Of a stretch of DNA of 33,126 bases, positions 7,639 through 15,816 are shown in pieces. Source of the DNA: a virus (taxonomy: Duplodnaviria > Caudoviricetes). Made by a program: the position numbers and the translations under genes. The notes beneath the pieces are model-generated. The model saw only the letters and a list, made by a program, of their open reading frames with translations. It was not told the DNA's origin and did no database searches. How positions within the stretch are numbered: position 1 is the stretch's first letter; the number at the start of each line of letters is the position of its first letter. The stretch lies in IMG/VR virus record IMGVR_UViG_3300022666_000061, positions 1-33,126 of that record. One strand, given 5' to 3'.

Positions 7639-8097
7639 ATGATGCTGCCAATTACAAACATGATCGCACGGATCAACGGCTGGGACAAGGAATCTATTTT
7701 CGATCTCCGCGAAATGCTCAACGAGTTCCCTGTGCTGATTCGCGAGGCCGTGGCTGATGGCGAAATCACCGATGCAGACGCCGAGTTCTATAAGCGCCGG
7801 ATCGATATTACGGATCTGCCATCAGTAGAAATCCCAGAAGATGTTGACACCGGCTACCCGATATGGGCAATGGACAAGGAACAACGCTGTCTGACAGGAG
7901 AAGATATGCAGAGCGTCACATCGCTCGCAGATATCAGGGAACACCAGGCAGAACGGCGAAAATCGTTCCCTCACACCATTTCGCTCACAGGATATGAAAT
8001 GATCGAGAAGGTCGTGAAGGCCAGAGGAACCAGCGGCGGCATATATGTTCCTCCAGATTGGATAGGAAAAACTGTCGCTGTAATCAGGCTGGAGTAA
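7639..8097 (+). CDS. Protein with C-terminal DUF2080 (AbrB-like, transposase-associated) domain
   Basis: C-terminal 'GYEMIEKVVKARGTSGGIYVPPDWIGKTVAVIRLE'. Confidence 0.8.
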   Translation: MMLPITNMIARINGWDKESIFDLREMLNEFPVLIREAVADGEITDADAEFYKRRIDITDLPSVEIPEDVDTGYPIWAMDKEQRCLTGEDMQSVTSLADIREHQAERRKSFPHTISLTGYEMIEKVVKARGTSGGIYVPPDWIGKTVAVIRLE

Positions 8098-8113
8098 CTC
8101 TTTTTTATTCTCT
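8098..8113 (+). terminator. Archaeal oligo-T terminator
   Basis: CTCTTTTTTATTCTCT directly after the stop codon. Confidence 0.6.
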
Positions 8114-8184
8114 TCAACACGCTCAACACGCTTAAGTGAACATACATAGCAATTTAAGCAGGATCAACACTATTTAAGCCATAT
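8114..8184 (+). promoter_or_regulatory. Candidate late promoter with direct repeats
   Basis: TCAACACGC x2 (8114-8131), TCAACAC (8164-8170), ATTTAAGC x2 (8152-8159, 8172-8179); no RBS before ATG 8185, suggesting a leaderless transcript. Confidence 0.55.
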
Positions 8185-8955
8185 ATGGCAAATCGCTGGA
8201 AGACAGCGACACCAAGAGTAAAACGTTCCTGCGCTTTCGGTGGCGCTGCTGCTCTCGTTGTTGCCGCTGCATGCCTCTTCTGCCCGCCGGTCCAGGGCGT
8301 CATTTTTAATGAACTTACCTCGGCTTACGGTTCGGACTATGTAATCTCAAACGGCTTCACCAGTTGGCAGGCGAGCAACGGGCCAATCAATACGCACCTG
8401 CTCGCACCGGGCCAGGAAACGGTAATCGGTTCTGAGGGCTGGCATATTGCCGGTACTGGATCAGGGCAGTATGATTCTCAAACAGAACTTGACACAAGAG
8501 ACATCCTGCTCTACGATTCAGCCAAGAAAGCCTCCTGGAACGGGCTTGGCACCGCTTCACATACCACCGGCGTCATGAACTTCCTCGAACCCGTAAGCGA
8601 GGAATCCGGTGCCTGCTATTCAGAATTCAACGAAACGGGATTAAACGAACGAGCCTCGCAGCAACTCTCGGTGATAGGGACAAACACGTCCCTTGATACT
8701 GCTGTCAGGATCAATCAGCTCGATTCCGAAATCCCGGACACGCTCGAAGTCACTCAAGCGGCACAGGGTAAGGCTGGATTCGGCACAATCACGTTCAGTG
8801 CACAGTCTCAGACAGGCTATGCATTCACGCAGGTCCCAGGCTGGCAGAACGATCAGTATAGCAAGATCACCGGCGGCGGTAAGAACTTCCAGGTCGGCAA
8901 GAAAACCACCTGGAGAAGTTTCAAGAACATTTTTAACTCTACTTTCGAGGTCTAA
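8185..8955 (+). CDS. Predicted secreted or membrane-anchored beta-rich protein
   Basis: Basic N-terminus plus hydrophobic 'FGGAAALVVAAACLFC...VQG'; S/T/G-rich body. Confidence 0.7.
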   Translation: MANRWKTATPRVKRSCAFGGAAALVVAAACLFCPPVQGVIFNELTSAYGSDYVISNGFTSWQASNGPINTHLLAPGQETVIGSEGWHIAGTGSGQYDSQTELDTRDILLYDSAKKASWNGLGTASHTTGVMNFLEPVSEESGACYSEFNETGLNERASQQLSVIGTNTSLDTAVRINQLDSEIPDTLEVTQAAQGKAGFGTITFSAQSQTGYAFTQVPGWQNDQYSKITGGGKNFQVGKKTTWRSFKNIFNSTFEV

Positions 8956-8956
8956 A

Positions 8957-9382
8957 ATGGAAATCGGGAATTCAGAAATACTCGGAATCGGACTCACAGC
9001 AGACGAGGCGCAGCTTCGCCCGGTTGAGTCCGTCACATGCAGGCAGATCGACATCCAGCAGGGCTTCTTCGTTACGTTCAAACCAGAAACGCCGGGTACT
9101 GAGGTATTCGGGCTCATTGTTGACGGACATCAGGCCAAGGTTGACGGTGACGCCTATACCATGGGCACAACCTGGAACGATTCACAGATCGACAAGAGCA
9201 TGCCGATCCCGTTCAACTACCCGCGGTATGTAAAGCAGAACGACAACGAGCCAGAGATTAATCCGTACGCAAAAGGAACACACAGGATTCAGATCATGGT
9301 AGGTCAGATGAATGGCGGAATGCCGCTCTGGGACTATTTCAGTGAGGAATACCTCGTCACGATCACGGAGAGTGAATACTGA
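8957..9382 (+). CDS. Hypothetical beta-rich protein
   Basis: ATG 1 nt after the upstream stop (ORF track starts at 8693). Confidence 0.7.
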   Translation: MEIGNSEILGIGLTADEAQLRPVESVTCRQIDIQQGFFVTFKPETPGTEVFGLIVDGHQAKVDGDAYTMGTTWNDSQIDKSMPIPFNYPRYVKQNDNEPEINPYAKGTHRIQIMVGQMNGGMPLWDYFSEEYLVTITESEY

Positions 9383-9699
9383 TGACTGCTGATCTCCCAA
9401 TCTGGTTCAGCCTGGCACTCTCAATAGTCGTTGCTGTGGCGTATGGGCTGATCGGCTACGCGAATGCATTAGCCGCTGACAACTCGGTGAAATTCGAGAA
9501 GAGTAAGTTCCTCACTACTCTCATCATTTCTCTGGCAGTCGGCGTAATTCTCTGGTATCAGGGAATAGAAGCGACAATGGAAAACGCGGCAACCTGGTTT
9601 GCCGTAATCGCAAGTCAGGCCGGTATAGTCTACTTCGTGAACAAGATCGTTTCCATGCTGCTGGCTCTGTCAGAACCGGCAGAGGAACCAACCTCGTAA
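9382..9699 (+). CDS. Three-TM membrane protein, holin-like
   Basis: 105 aa, three hydrophobic segments, charged C-terminus. Confidence 0.6.
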   Translation: MTADLPIWFSLALSIVVAVAYGLIGYANALAADNSVKFEKSKFLTTLIISLAVGVILWYQGIEATMENAATWFAVIASQAGIVYFVNKIVSMLLALSEPAEEPTS

Positions 9700-9714
9700 T
9701 TTTTCAGGTGAATC

Positions 9715-9906
9715 ATGGACAAACCGATATGGAAATGCAAATCATGCAAATATTCCGGGCCAGAATATGAAAAGAACGAGGAAAACCTGTGTGAATGCCG
9801 CCGAGATCGCCCAACGACATCCGGATTCCCAATAGTCAATGTAGAGTCCTGGTGCTGGGACGGAACATTTGCACATTCAGAGATTAAGAAAGACTCTGAA
9901 AAATGA
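9715..9906 (+). CDS. Small Cys-rich protein
   Basis: CKSC...CECRR.RP...FPIV....WC; AGGTGA RBS. Confidence 0.7.
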   Translation: MDKPIWKCKSCKYSGPEYEKNEENLCECRRDRPTTSGFPIVNVESWCWDGTFAHSEIKKDSEK

Positions 9907-9914
9907 ATCTTTTT

Positions 9915-10128
9915 GCCGCTCACCCTGTCGGGCAGTGTGCTGGCTCATTACCAGCGGGCGGCGTTTCCGTAGGGGATCTGCCTACGGCTCTGCGGGGTAA
10001 CGGTATCTAACATGCTCTGTCAACGCACACGGGACCTAAAAGGTGGCAATATACGATACAATACCTGGGAACTGCATCCATCAGTAAAATCCATAACCTC
10101 TGGCCGGTTCGATTCCGGCAACCCCGTA
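9915..10128 (+). ncRNA. Structured non-coding region with tRNA-Met-like elements
   Basis: Stem 9915-9921/9956-9962 encloses GCTGG-CTCATTA-CCAGC; hairpin 9967-9987; stem 9991-9998/10121-10128 with canonical T-arm GCCGG-TTCGATT-CCGGC (10103-10119). Confidence 0.55.
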
Positions 10129-10192
10129 TCAATCTAAAGAATATTCGCCGGCGATCTTAGGAAAACAACTTCAAAATAAAGCCAGACTGACA

Positions 10193-10639
10193 ATGACACA
10201 GAAACGGACGCCAAATAAACGAGATTCAGGAATCGGACAAGAAAGATCCGGTGAAAATACGAAAAGAAAGGTGGTGGGGCGTCCGAAGAAACCTATTGAT
10301 CTCGAACTCGTTGAAGATCTCGCCGGTATAATGTGCACCCACGAGGAAATAGCGCAAATCCTGAAAGTGTCCGTTTCTACGCTTGAGCACAACGAAGAGT
10401 TTTTGCAGGTGTATAAAAGAGCGCTCAACACAGCCAAATCGTCATTACGCAGGCGGCAATACCAGGCAGCAATGGACGGCAGCAATGCCCTGTTGATCTG
10501 GCTGGGGAAACAATACCTCGGACAAACAGACAAGCAGGAACGGGAAATCACCGGCAAAGACGGCGGTCCTGTGGTGCTGTCACACTTGAGCGATGACGAG
10601 GTGATCAGACGTGCTCGCGAAATCATCAGAGGAAGTTAA
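10193..10639 (+). CDS. terS: Terminase small subunit
   Basis: HTH 'CTHEEIAQILKVSVSTL'; 'LIWLGKQYLGQTDKQEREITGKDGGPV'; directly upstream of TerL. Confidence 0.85.
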   Translation: MTQKRTPNKRDSGIGQERSGENTKRKVVGRPKKPIDLELVEDLAGIMCTHEEIAQILKVSVSTLEHNEEFLQVYKRALNTAKSSLRRRQYQAAMDGSNALLIWLGKQYLGQTDKQEREITGKDGGPVVLSHLSDDEVIRRAREIIRGS

Positions 10640-12638
10640 CCTGGCAAGAGAACTTGTCTGGCGCACCGATTACGCCTGGGATAAGATCGCACACCCTGGC
10701 CAGATCCCTCCAAAAGACAAAGCCTGGTTCTGTTACTTAATGAGATCAGGTAGAGGTGGAGGCAAGACAAGAGCAGGTGCAGAGTGGGTATTACAGCGAG
10801 TCAGGGACGGCTACAAGAGCATAGCACTGATCGGTAAGAACGCTGCTGATGTCCGGGACATTATGATCGAGCTGGGTGAATCCTCGATCTGTAAGGTTGC
10901 AAGAGAAGACGAGAAGCCTATTTATGAGCCCTCAAAAAGACGGTTGACATTTCCCTCTGGTGCAGTAGCGGTTGCCTATTCAGACGAAGATCCTGATCAG
11001 CTCAGAGGACCCCAACACGACACCGCATGGGTAGACGAACTGGCGAAGTTCAAGCACCCGCAGGACACCTGGGACAACCTTCTGATGGGTTTGCGATTAG
11101 GCGACAACCCGCAGGTATTCGTCACGACAACACCGAGGCCAATACCGCTGATCCGTGACCTGCTCAACGCCAAGGACACAATAGACGTCCGGTTCTCAAC
11201 CTTCGACAACGCTGACAACCTCTCGCCGCAGTTCCTCGCCAAAGTCAGGGAAAAATATGAAGGGACAAGACTCGGAAGACAGGAACTCTACGGCGAGATC
11301 CTGGACGACAACCCAAACGCACTCTGGAAGAGAGACGTCATCGAGAACCTGCGGGTAGACACAGCACCGGGACTCGTGCGGGTAGTTGTGGGCGTTGATC
11401 CTGCTGTCTCAAGCACAGACGAATCGGCAGAGACGGGTATACTGACAGCAGGTGTAGACGCAGGCGGGCAGTATTACGTCCTGAACGATTCCTCATTACA
11501 GGGAACGCCGAATGAGTGGGCGGTGGCAGTAGTCCGGGCATTCCACGCAGCCAAAGCCGACAGAGTGATTGGGGAAGTCAACAACGGCGGTGATCTTGTT
11601 GAAGTCAACCTACGGACAGTTGACCGCAACATCCCGTTCAAGGCCGTGCACGCCAGCCGGGGAAAACTGATCCGGGCTGAACCAATCGCCGCTCTCTACG
11701 AACAGGGCAAAGTCCACCATGTTGGGACATTCCCTCAGCTTGAAGACCAGATGTGCGTATCCGGCGATACTTTGGTCGAGACAGAACATGGCCAAATACG
11801 TATTGACGAGGTGGTAATTGGAACCAAAATATGGACACGATATGGACTTTTTCCTATTTCGTGGGTGGGTCAAACAGGAGACTTGGAAGAAGTCTACCTG
11901 ATAACAACGTCTGATGATTGTAACTTATTGGCAACAGTGGGACATTTGATATATGTAGAAAACAAAGGATTTATCACAGTATCAAAATTGCAAAAAGGAG
12001 ATGTGATAAATTCATGGAAAAATATGGTCCACGCACATACTACAACGGCCATTACTTTGCAGTCGATAATAAAGGGTATTATAGAAATAAGCGAGCGGGT
12101 GGGTTGTTACATAGAATCATTTGGGAAAGCATACACGGCCCTATTCCAAAAGGATTCCTTATTCATCATAAGGACGGGAACCCACTCAACAACGACATCA
12201 ACAACCTCGAAATTAAAACCGTGTCTCAACACAAATTCACACATCCTGGGGGATTTGCCACTTGGGAGCCTGGTTACAGAGGGAAGAAAACTGAAGAGAT
12301 GTGGAGTAAAAGAAAGCCTGAAAAGAAAATTTGCATCTCCTGTGGGGCTATATTCGAATCAACAGGGATGCGAGCAAAATTCTGCACAACAAAATGCCGG
12401 CGCCGTTATTATTACAAGTGTGAAAAAGAGCGCCAAAAAAATACCTGTTTTTAATTTAAAAGTGGACGGCGTCCCAGAGTTTTATGCCAATGGCATACTC
12501 GTCCACAATTGCGAGTGGGTCCCGGGGGAAAAGAGCCCTGACCGGATGGACGCTCTTGTCTGGGCGCTGACTGAACTGTCCAGCCAGCCAGGGATATCCG
12601 GTGTAACCTACGCAGTTGTAGGTAAACGGAGGTACTGA
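10611..12638 (+). CDS. terL: Terminase large subunit precursor containing an intein (423 aa after splicing)
   Basis: Walker A 'GRGGGKT', Walker B 'AWVDE', 'VTTTP', nuclease 'VVGVDPA' and 'SPDRMDA'; GAGGTGAT RBS before GTG. Confidence 0.96.
   Translation: MLAKSSEEVNLARELVWRTDYAWDKIAHPGQIPPKDKAWFCYLMRSGRGGGKTRAGAEWVLQRVRDGYKSIALIGKNAADVRDIMIELGESSICKVAREDEKPIYEPSKRRLTFPSGAVAVAYSDEDPDQLRGPQHDTAWVDELAKFKHPQDTWDNLLMGLRLGDNPQVFVTTTPRPIPLIRDLLNAKDTIDVRFSTFDNADNLSPQFLAKVREKYEGTRLGRQELYGEILDDNPNALWKRDVIENLRVDTAPGLVRVVVGVDPAVSSTDESAETGILTAGVDAGGQYYVLNDSSLQGTPNEWAVAVVRAFHAAKADRVIGEVNNGGDLVEVNLRTVDRNIPFKAVHASRGKLIRAEPIAALYEQGKVHHVGTFPQLEDQMCVSGDTLVETEHGQIRIDEVVIGTKIWTRYGLFPISWVGQTGDLEEVYLITTSDDCNLLATVGHLIYVENKGFITVSKLQKGDVINSWKNMVHAHTTTAITLQSIIKGIIEISERVGCYIESFGKAYTALFQKDSLFIIRTGTHSTTTSTTSKLKPCLNTNSHILGDLPLGSLVTEGRKLKRCGVKESLKRKFASPVGLYSNQQGCEQNSAQQNAGAVIITSVKKSAKKIPVFNLKVDGVPEFYANGILVHNCEWVPGEKSPDRMDALVWALTELSSQPGISGVTYAVVGKRRY
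11754..12509 (+). mobile_element. Intein (252 aa) in the TerL nuclease domain
   Basis: Block A 'CVSGDTLVET', block B 'LLATVGHLIYV', block F 'VFNLKVDGVPEFYANGILV', terminal HN followed by +1 Cys; visibly more AT-rich than the flanks. Confidence 0.95.
12014..12454 (+). CDS. HNH homing endonuclease nested out of frame inside the intein
   Basis: 'LLHRIIWESIHGPIPKGFLIHHKDGNPLNNDINNLEIKTVSQHKFTH' plus C-terminal CISC...FCTTKC Zn finger; frame -1 relative to the intein; GGAGATGTGAT RBS-like sequence upstream. Confidence 0.9.
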   Translation: MEKYGPRTYYNGHYFAVDNKGYYRNKRAGGLLHRIIWESIHGPIPKGFLIHHKDGNPLNNDINNLEIKTVSQHKFTHPGGFATWEPGYRGKKTEEMWSKRKPEKKICISCGAIFESTGMRAKFCTTKCRRRYYYKCEKERQKNTCF

Positions 12639-12806
12639 ATGTCAACGGATGCATTATGCGAAAATATAAATTGTCGTTTCTTTCGCGATTACGATCACGA
12701 TTGTGCGTTTAAAATAGTGTTGATTGGCAAAGACGGTTTATGCAGGATGTTCGAGAAGATACCCGCTTCAAAGAGTTCAGAAGTCGAGGTTTTAAAAAAT
12801 GCTTGA
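12639..12806 (+). CDS. Small Cys-rich protein (DUF1540-like, 55 aa)
   Basis: 'LCENINCRFF...CAFKIVLIGKDGLCRMFE'; GGAGGT RBS. Confidence 0.6.
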   Translation: MSTDALCENINCRFFRDYDHDCAFKIVLIGKDGLCRMFEKIPASKSSEVEVLKNA

Positions 12807-14031
12807 AGGACTGAAACGATTACTGGCGCCACCCGTAGTGGCAACACAGCCTCTTAAATGCGTTGTCGAAGTATCCGGGAAAAGCCCGGAATATTTTGGT
12901 AAGAAAGAGAGAACGACGGCACAACTGGAAGCCTACCAGAACGTCTATGACTCTGGTGGCCCTGCTACTGAAGCGATCGACTGTTACCCGCTCTTTATGC
13001 TGTCGAACGGTTGGCGATTAGAGGGCGACGAGAACGCAATCCCGAGAGTGCAGGAATTCCTGGACGGTGCGAATCACGAAGAGATCTTCTGGGAACTGAT
13101 CACCGAGGCTCTTGTCAAAGGCGACGGGTTCGCTGAGCTGGCACTGACCCGAGTCGGAAACGCCCCTGCTAAAATCGTCCCTCGAGACGCCGCCAAATTC
13201 GAAGTCCGGCAGGATCAGTACGGAACGATCACCGGGTATGAGTACAACCTCTCATCCGGCTCAATGGGCGAAAAAAAGATCGTCAACCTCGAACCGTTCC
13301 GGGTGCTGCACGTCAAGTTGTTCTCCCGTCCCGGAAGTGTCTACGGATCAAGCCTCGTCAAGCGGGCTTACGACGACATAATAAGGGATGCCAAGGTAGC
13401 CGAGGGAACAAGCGCTGCAATCGAGAGGCACGGATACCCGAGAGGTCATTGTCAGGTAGGTGATCCGACACTTGGCACAGCCGTCCCGGATTCAGCGCTG
13501 AAAGACATTGAAACGAAACTCTCCGAACTGAAACCAAAACACGATTTCGTGACGCAATGGTTCGTCAAATTCACAAGTCTGGATCAGGGCGGTGCCGGGC
13601 CGGTAGATCTGTACTCAGCCGTCAGCACCAGGAGAATGGCGGCGGCCATCGGAGTCCCTGGTGAGTTGATGGGATTCCGTGAGGGGACCACTGACAACAC
13701 CGCTGTCAGCCGTATCAGCGTGTTCATGGGCAAGATCCAGACAATGCAAAGACGGTTTGCCGCTGCACTAAACGAGCAGGTAATCGACAGGATCACAGGG
13801 AAACCTGGACTCGTCTGGATCGTGTTCAATAGCCCGAACCCTGAAGGCGAAGCAACGCGGGCACAGTGGATCACGCAGGTCATGGGCGCAACACCCGGCG
13901 ACCCGTTCAGCATACTGCCGCAGGGCTGGGTCCAGGAACAGTTTGGCGTTGCTGATTACGAGGAGGCTGATCTCTACGCAGACGATAATACAGAAAAAGG
14001 AACCGAAGACGCGACGGTCGAAACTGAATAA
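12799..14031 (+). CDS. Portal protein
   Basis: Position after TerL; 'LVKGDGFAE', 'VLHVKL...VYGSS', 'AAAIGVPGELMG'. Confidence 0.9.
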   Translation: MLEGLKRLLAPPVVATQPLKCVVEVSGKSPEYFGKKERTTAQLEAYQNVYDSGGPATEAIDCYPLFMLSNGWRLEGDENAIPRVQEFLDGANHEEIFWELITEALVKGDGFAELALTRVGNAPAKIVPRDAAKFEVRQDQYGTITGYEYNLSSGSMGEKKIVNLEPFRVLHVKLFSRPGSVYGSSLVKRAYDDIIRDAKVAEGTSAAIERHGYPRGHCQVGDPTLGTAVPDSALKDIETKLSELKPKHDFVTQWFVKFTSLDQGGAGPVDLYSAVSTRRMAAAIGVPGELMGFREGTTDNTAVSRISVFMGKIQTMQRRFAAALNEQVIDRITGKPGLVWIVFNSPNPEGEATRAQWITQVMGATPGDPFSILPQGWVQEQFGVADYEEADLYADDNTEKGTEDATVETE

Positions 14032-14731
14032 ACGCGACCCAACAATGAGCAAACGGATCGAGGACGCCTACGCCAAGGACCTCGACCGGCTCATAACCGA
14101 ATACTGGAAAGAGGTAATGCTGCGGCTCTTCGGCAGGGAATTGGAAATAGCGCCGCCTGCGAGAATAGACGTGGCAATAACGAGCCAGCAACTGACGCAG
14201 ATCTCCAACATGATCCTCGGGCTATACGGCGGCAAAGTCGTGAAAGAGCACACAATTATAACCTATTTACAGGGGCTCAACTTCGCCAACTACCAGCACG
14301 GTGAGAAGGTGACGAACTTCCTCTCTTCACCGCAGGATCAGCGAGCGATTGATGCACTAACAGAGAAAGGCGTTCTGAACCTGAAAGGCGTCCTGGATGA
14401 GTCGAACAAGCGAATCATGAACGAGGTCGTGGACGGCTTGCAAAGAGGCGAGGGTTACGACAAGATTGCCAGAAGGATCAGGGAAATAGAACCAATGAGT
14501 CGCAGCCGTGCTGAAATGATCGCCCGCACCGAGACTATGTATGCGGTGAACACTGCCAACATCCAGCGGCTTAAATCGCTTGGTTTTGTTCGTGGGAAAT
14601 GGCTTGCCGGTATTGACAGCCGGACGTGTCAGTCATGCATTAACGAAGACGGCAACGAATACGATTTGGACTCGTTCCCGGCTATTCCAAAACACCCGCG
14701 TTGTCGTTGCACTGTGCAGGGGGTTGCATGA
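13943..14731 (+). CDS. Minor head protein (SPP1 gp7 / Mu gpF family); true start may be ATG 14045
   Basis: 'RAEMIARTE', 'KWLAGIDSRTCQSC', 'HPRCRC'. Confidence 0.92.
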   Translation: MALLITRRLISTQTIIQKKEPKTRRSKLNKRDPTMSKRIEDAYAKDLDRLITEYWKEVMLRLFGRELEIAPPARIDVAITSQQLTQISNMILGLYGGKVVKEHTIITYLQGLNFANYQHGEKVTNFLSSPQDQRAIDALTEKGVLNLKGVLDESNKRIMNEVVDGLQRGEGYDKIARRIREIEPMSRSRAEMIARTETMYAVNTANIQRLKSLGFVRGKWLAGIDSRTCQSCINEDGNEYDLDSFPAIPKHPRCRCTVQGVA

Positions 14732-14823
14732 AGATCACGACTGTCTACATCATTGTTTTTGGAATGGCGTCATTCTTCGGCTTCTATTACCTGATCAATC
14801 GCATCAAGAGGGCATTCCCATGA
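14728..14823 (+). CDS. 31-aa single-TM peptide
   Basis: MKITTVYIIVFGMASFFGFYYLINRIKRAFP; ATGA overlaps on both sides. Confidence 0.55.
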   Translation: MKITTVYIIVFGMASFFGFYYLINRIKRAFP

Positions 14824-15182
14824 CATCTAATGATTATACTCGCGGATATTCTGACGGGTTTGCAGCTGCAACAGCGCAATTGGCTGTCTCTAAACCGGTA
14901 TCTCTACTGGAGCAACGGATATCCCTTTTCACAAAATCCCGCAAATCAAAATTAACGCGAGAATACGCGCGTGACATGGTTAATTTTCTTGAAGCAAACC
15001 TGGGGTGGGTTAGATCAAAAGAATTCCGAGACGCGTTTGTCCCAGAAAAAATACCCAACGCTTCGTCTTTTTATAATTTATTAACCGATATGGTGGCATT
15101 TGGGCTTGTTGAGCGCGAATATAAAGATTCTGGTAGCAAGAAGAGAGGGCGACCGCCGGTGTATTATAGGTGCATACAATGA
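14820..15182 (+). CDS. Winged-HTH transcription regulator
   Basis: 'FYNLLTDMVAFGLVERE...GRPPVYY' recognition helix and wing. Confidence 0.75.
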   Translation: MTSNDYTRGYSDGFAAATAQLAVSKPVSLLEQRISLFTKSRKSKLTREYARDMVNFLEANLGWVRSKEFRDAFVPEKIPNASSFYNLLTDMVAFGLVEREYKDSGSKKRGRPPVYYRCIQ

Positions 15183-15658
15183 ATCCACCAGAATCCGTTG
15201 AGAATCACAGGCTTATACGGGGAATCAACAACCCGGAAGACGTGCTCAAGGAAAACGGGCACTCGTTCCGGTTCCACGGCCCGTTCAAAGCGCTGTTCTA
15301 CCGGCTGCTGAACCTGATTAAACCCGCACCGAAGGAATGGCTTGACGGAACCTACGGAAACGCCGCAGTACTGCGTGATCTCTATTACGAATACCTGACA
15401 CACGAAGGGCAGAAATGGCGAAAAGACGTTCTCACGCGGGTAATACCGTTTTCAATCTGCCTAGCTTCGTATGACGAGAACTACGGCGAGGTCCTGGACT
15501 GGTTTCTGATGCGGATCACCCAGGAACACGAGAAAGGCAGGTTCCACTTCGAATCTTTCAGAGTGAACCCTGATTACTGGTTTGCTGACGGAAGAGGCAG
15601 GATTGGGTTCAACGAAAACACCCGGTGCAAAATGATTAAGGACGGGTGGAAACTGTGA
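15179..15658 (+). CDS. Hypothetical protein
   Basis: Coupled ORF of 159 aa. Confidence 0.7.
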   Translation: MNPPESVENHRLIRGINNPEDVLKENGHSFRFHGPFKALFYRLLNLIKPAPKEWLDGTYGNAAVLRDLYYEYLTHEGQKWRKDVLTRVIPFSICLASYDENYGEVLDWFLMRITQEHEKGRFHFESFRVNPDYWFADGRGRIGFNENTRCKMIKDGWKL

Positions 15659-15816
15659 GGAAAGCAGCGACACCGAAAACAACCGAGCCGTACAAACCAA
15701 TGGCGACGCAGGAACCAGGGACCGACGAGATTGTCAAGGCACTTGTCCTTCGGATCGAGTCGCTGGAAAAGGACGTTGAAGCACTGCGTCGGCATCATTT
15801 CGGAGCGAGACAGTGA
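15655..15816 (+). CDS. Small coiled-coil protein
   Basis: GTGA overlaps; 'LVLRIESLEKDVEALRR'. Confidence 0.55.
   Translation: MRKAATPKTTEPYKPMATQEPGTDEIVKALVLRIESLEKDVEALRRHHFGARQ

Noticed and set aside
7639-8097. IS element implied by the transposase-associated DUF2080
   Set aside because: No TnpA, TnpB or DDE transposase and no terminal repeats nearby.
9991-10128. tmRNA or a standard intron-containing tRNA
   Set aside because: Too short for tmRNA with no alanine identity or tag ORF; no recognisable D-arm, anticodon stem or bulge-helix-bulge motif. Kept only as tRNA-like.
12014-12454. HNH ORF as a simple frameshift error of an in-frame intein endonuclease
   Set aside because: It would need two compensating errors, whereas the intein frame is open end to end and the HNH ORF has its own RBS, ATG and stop. 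Read-level confirmation is still advisable.
11754-12509. Group I or bulge-helix-bulge intron instead of an intein
   Set aside because: The insert is in frame and has all protein-splicing motifs at the exact boundaries.
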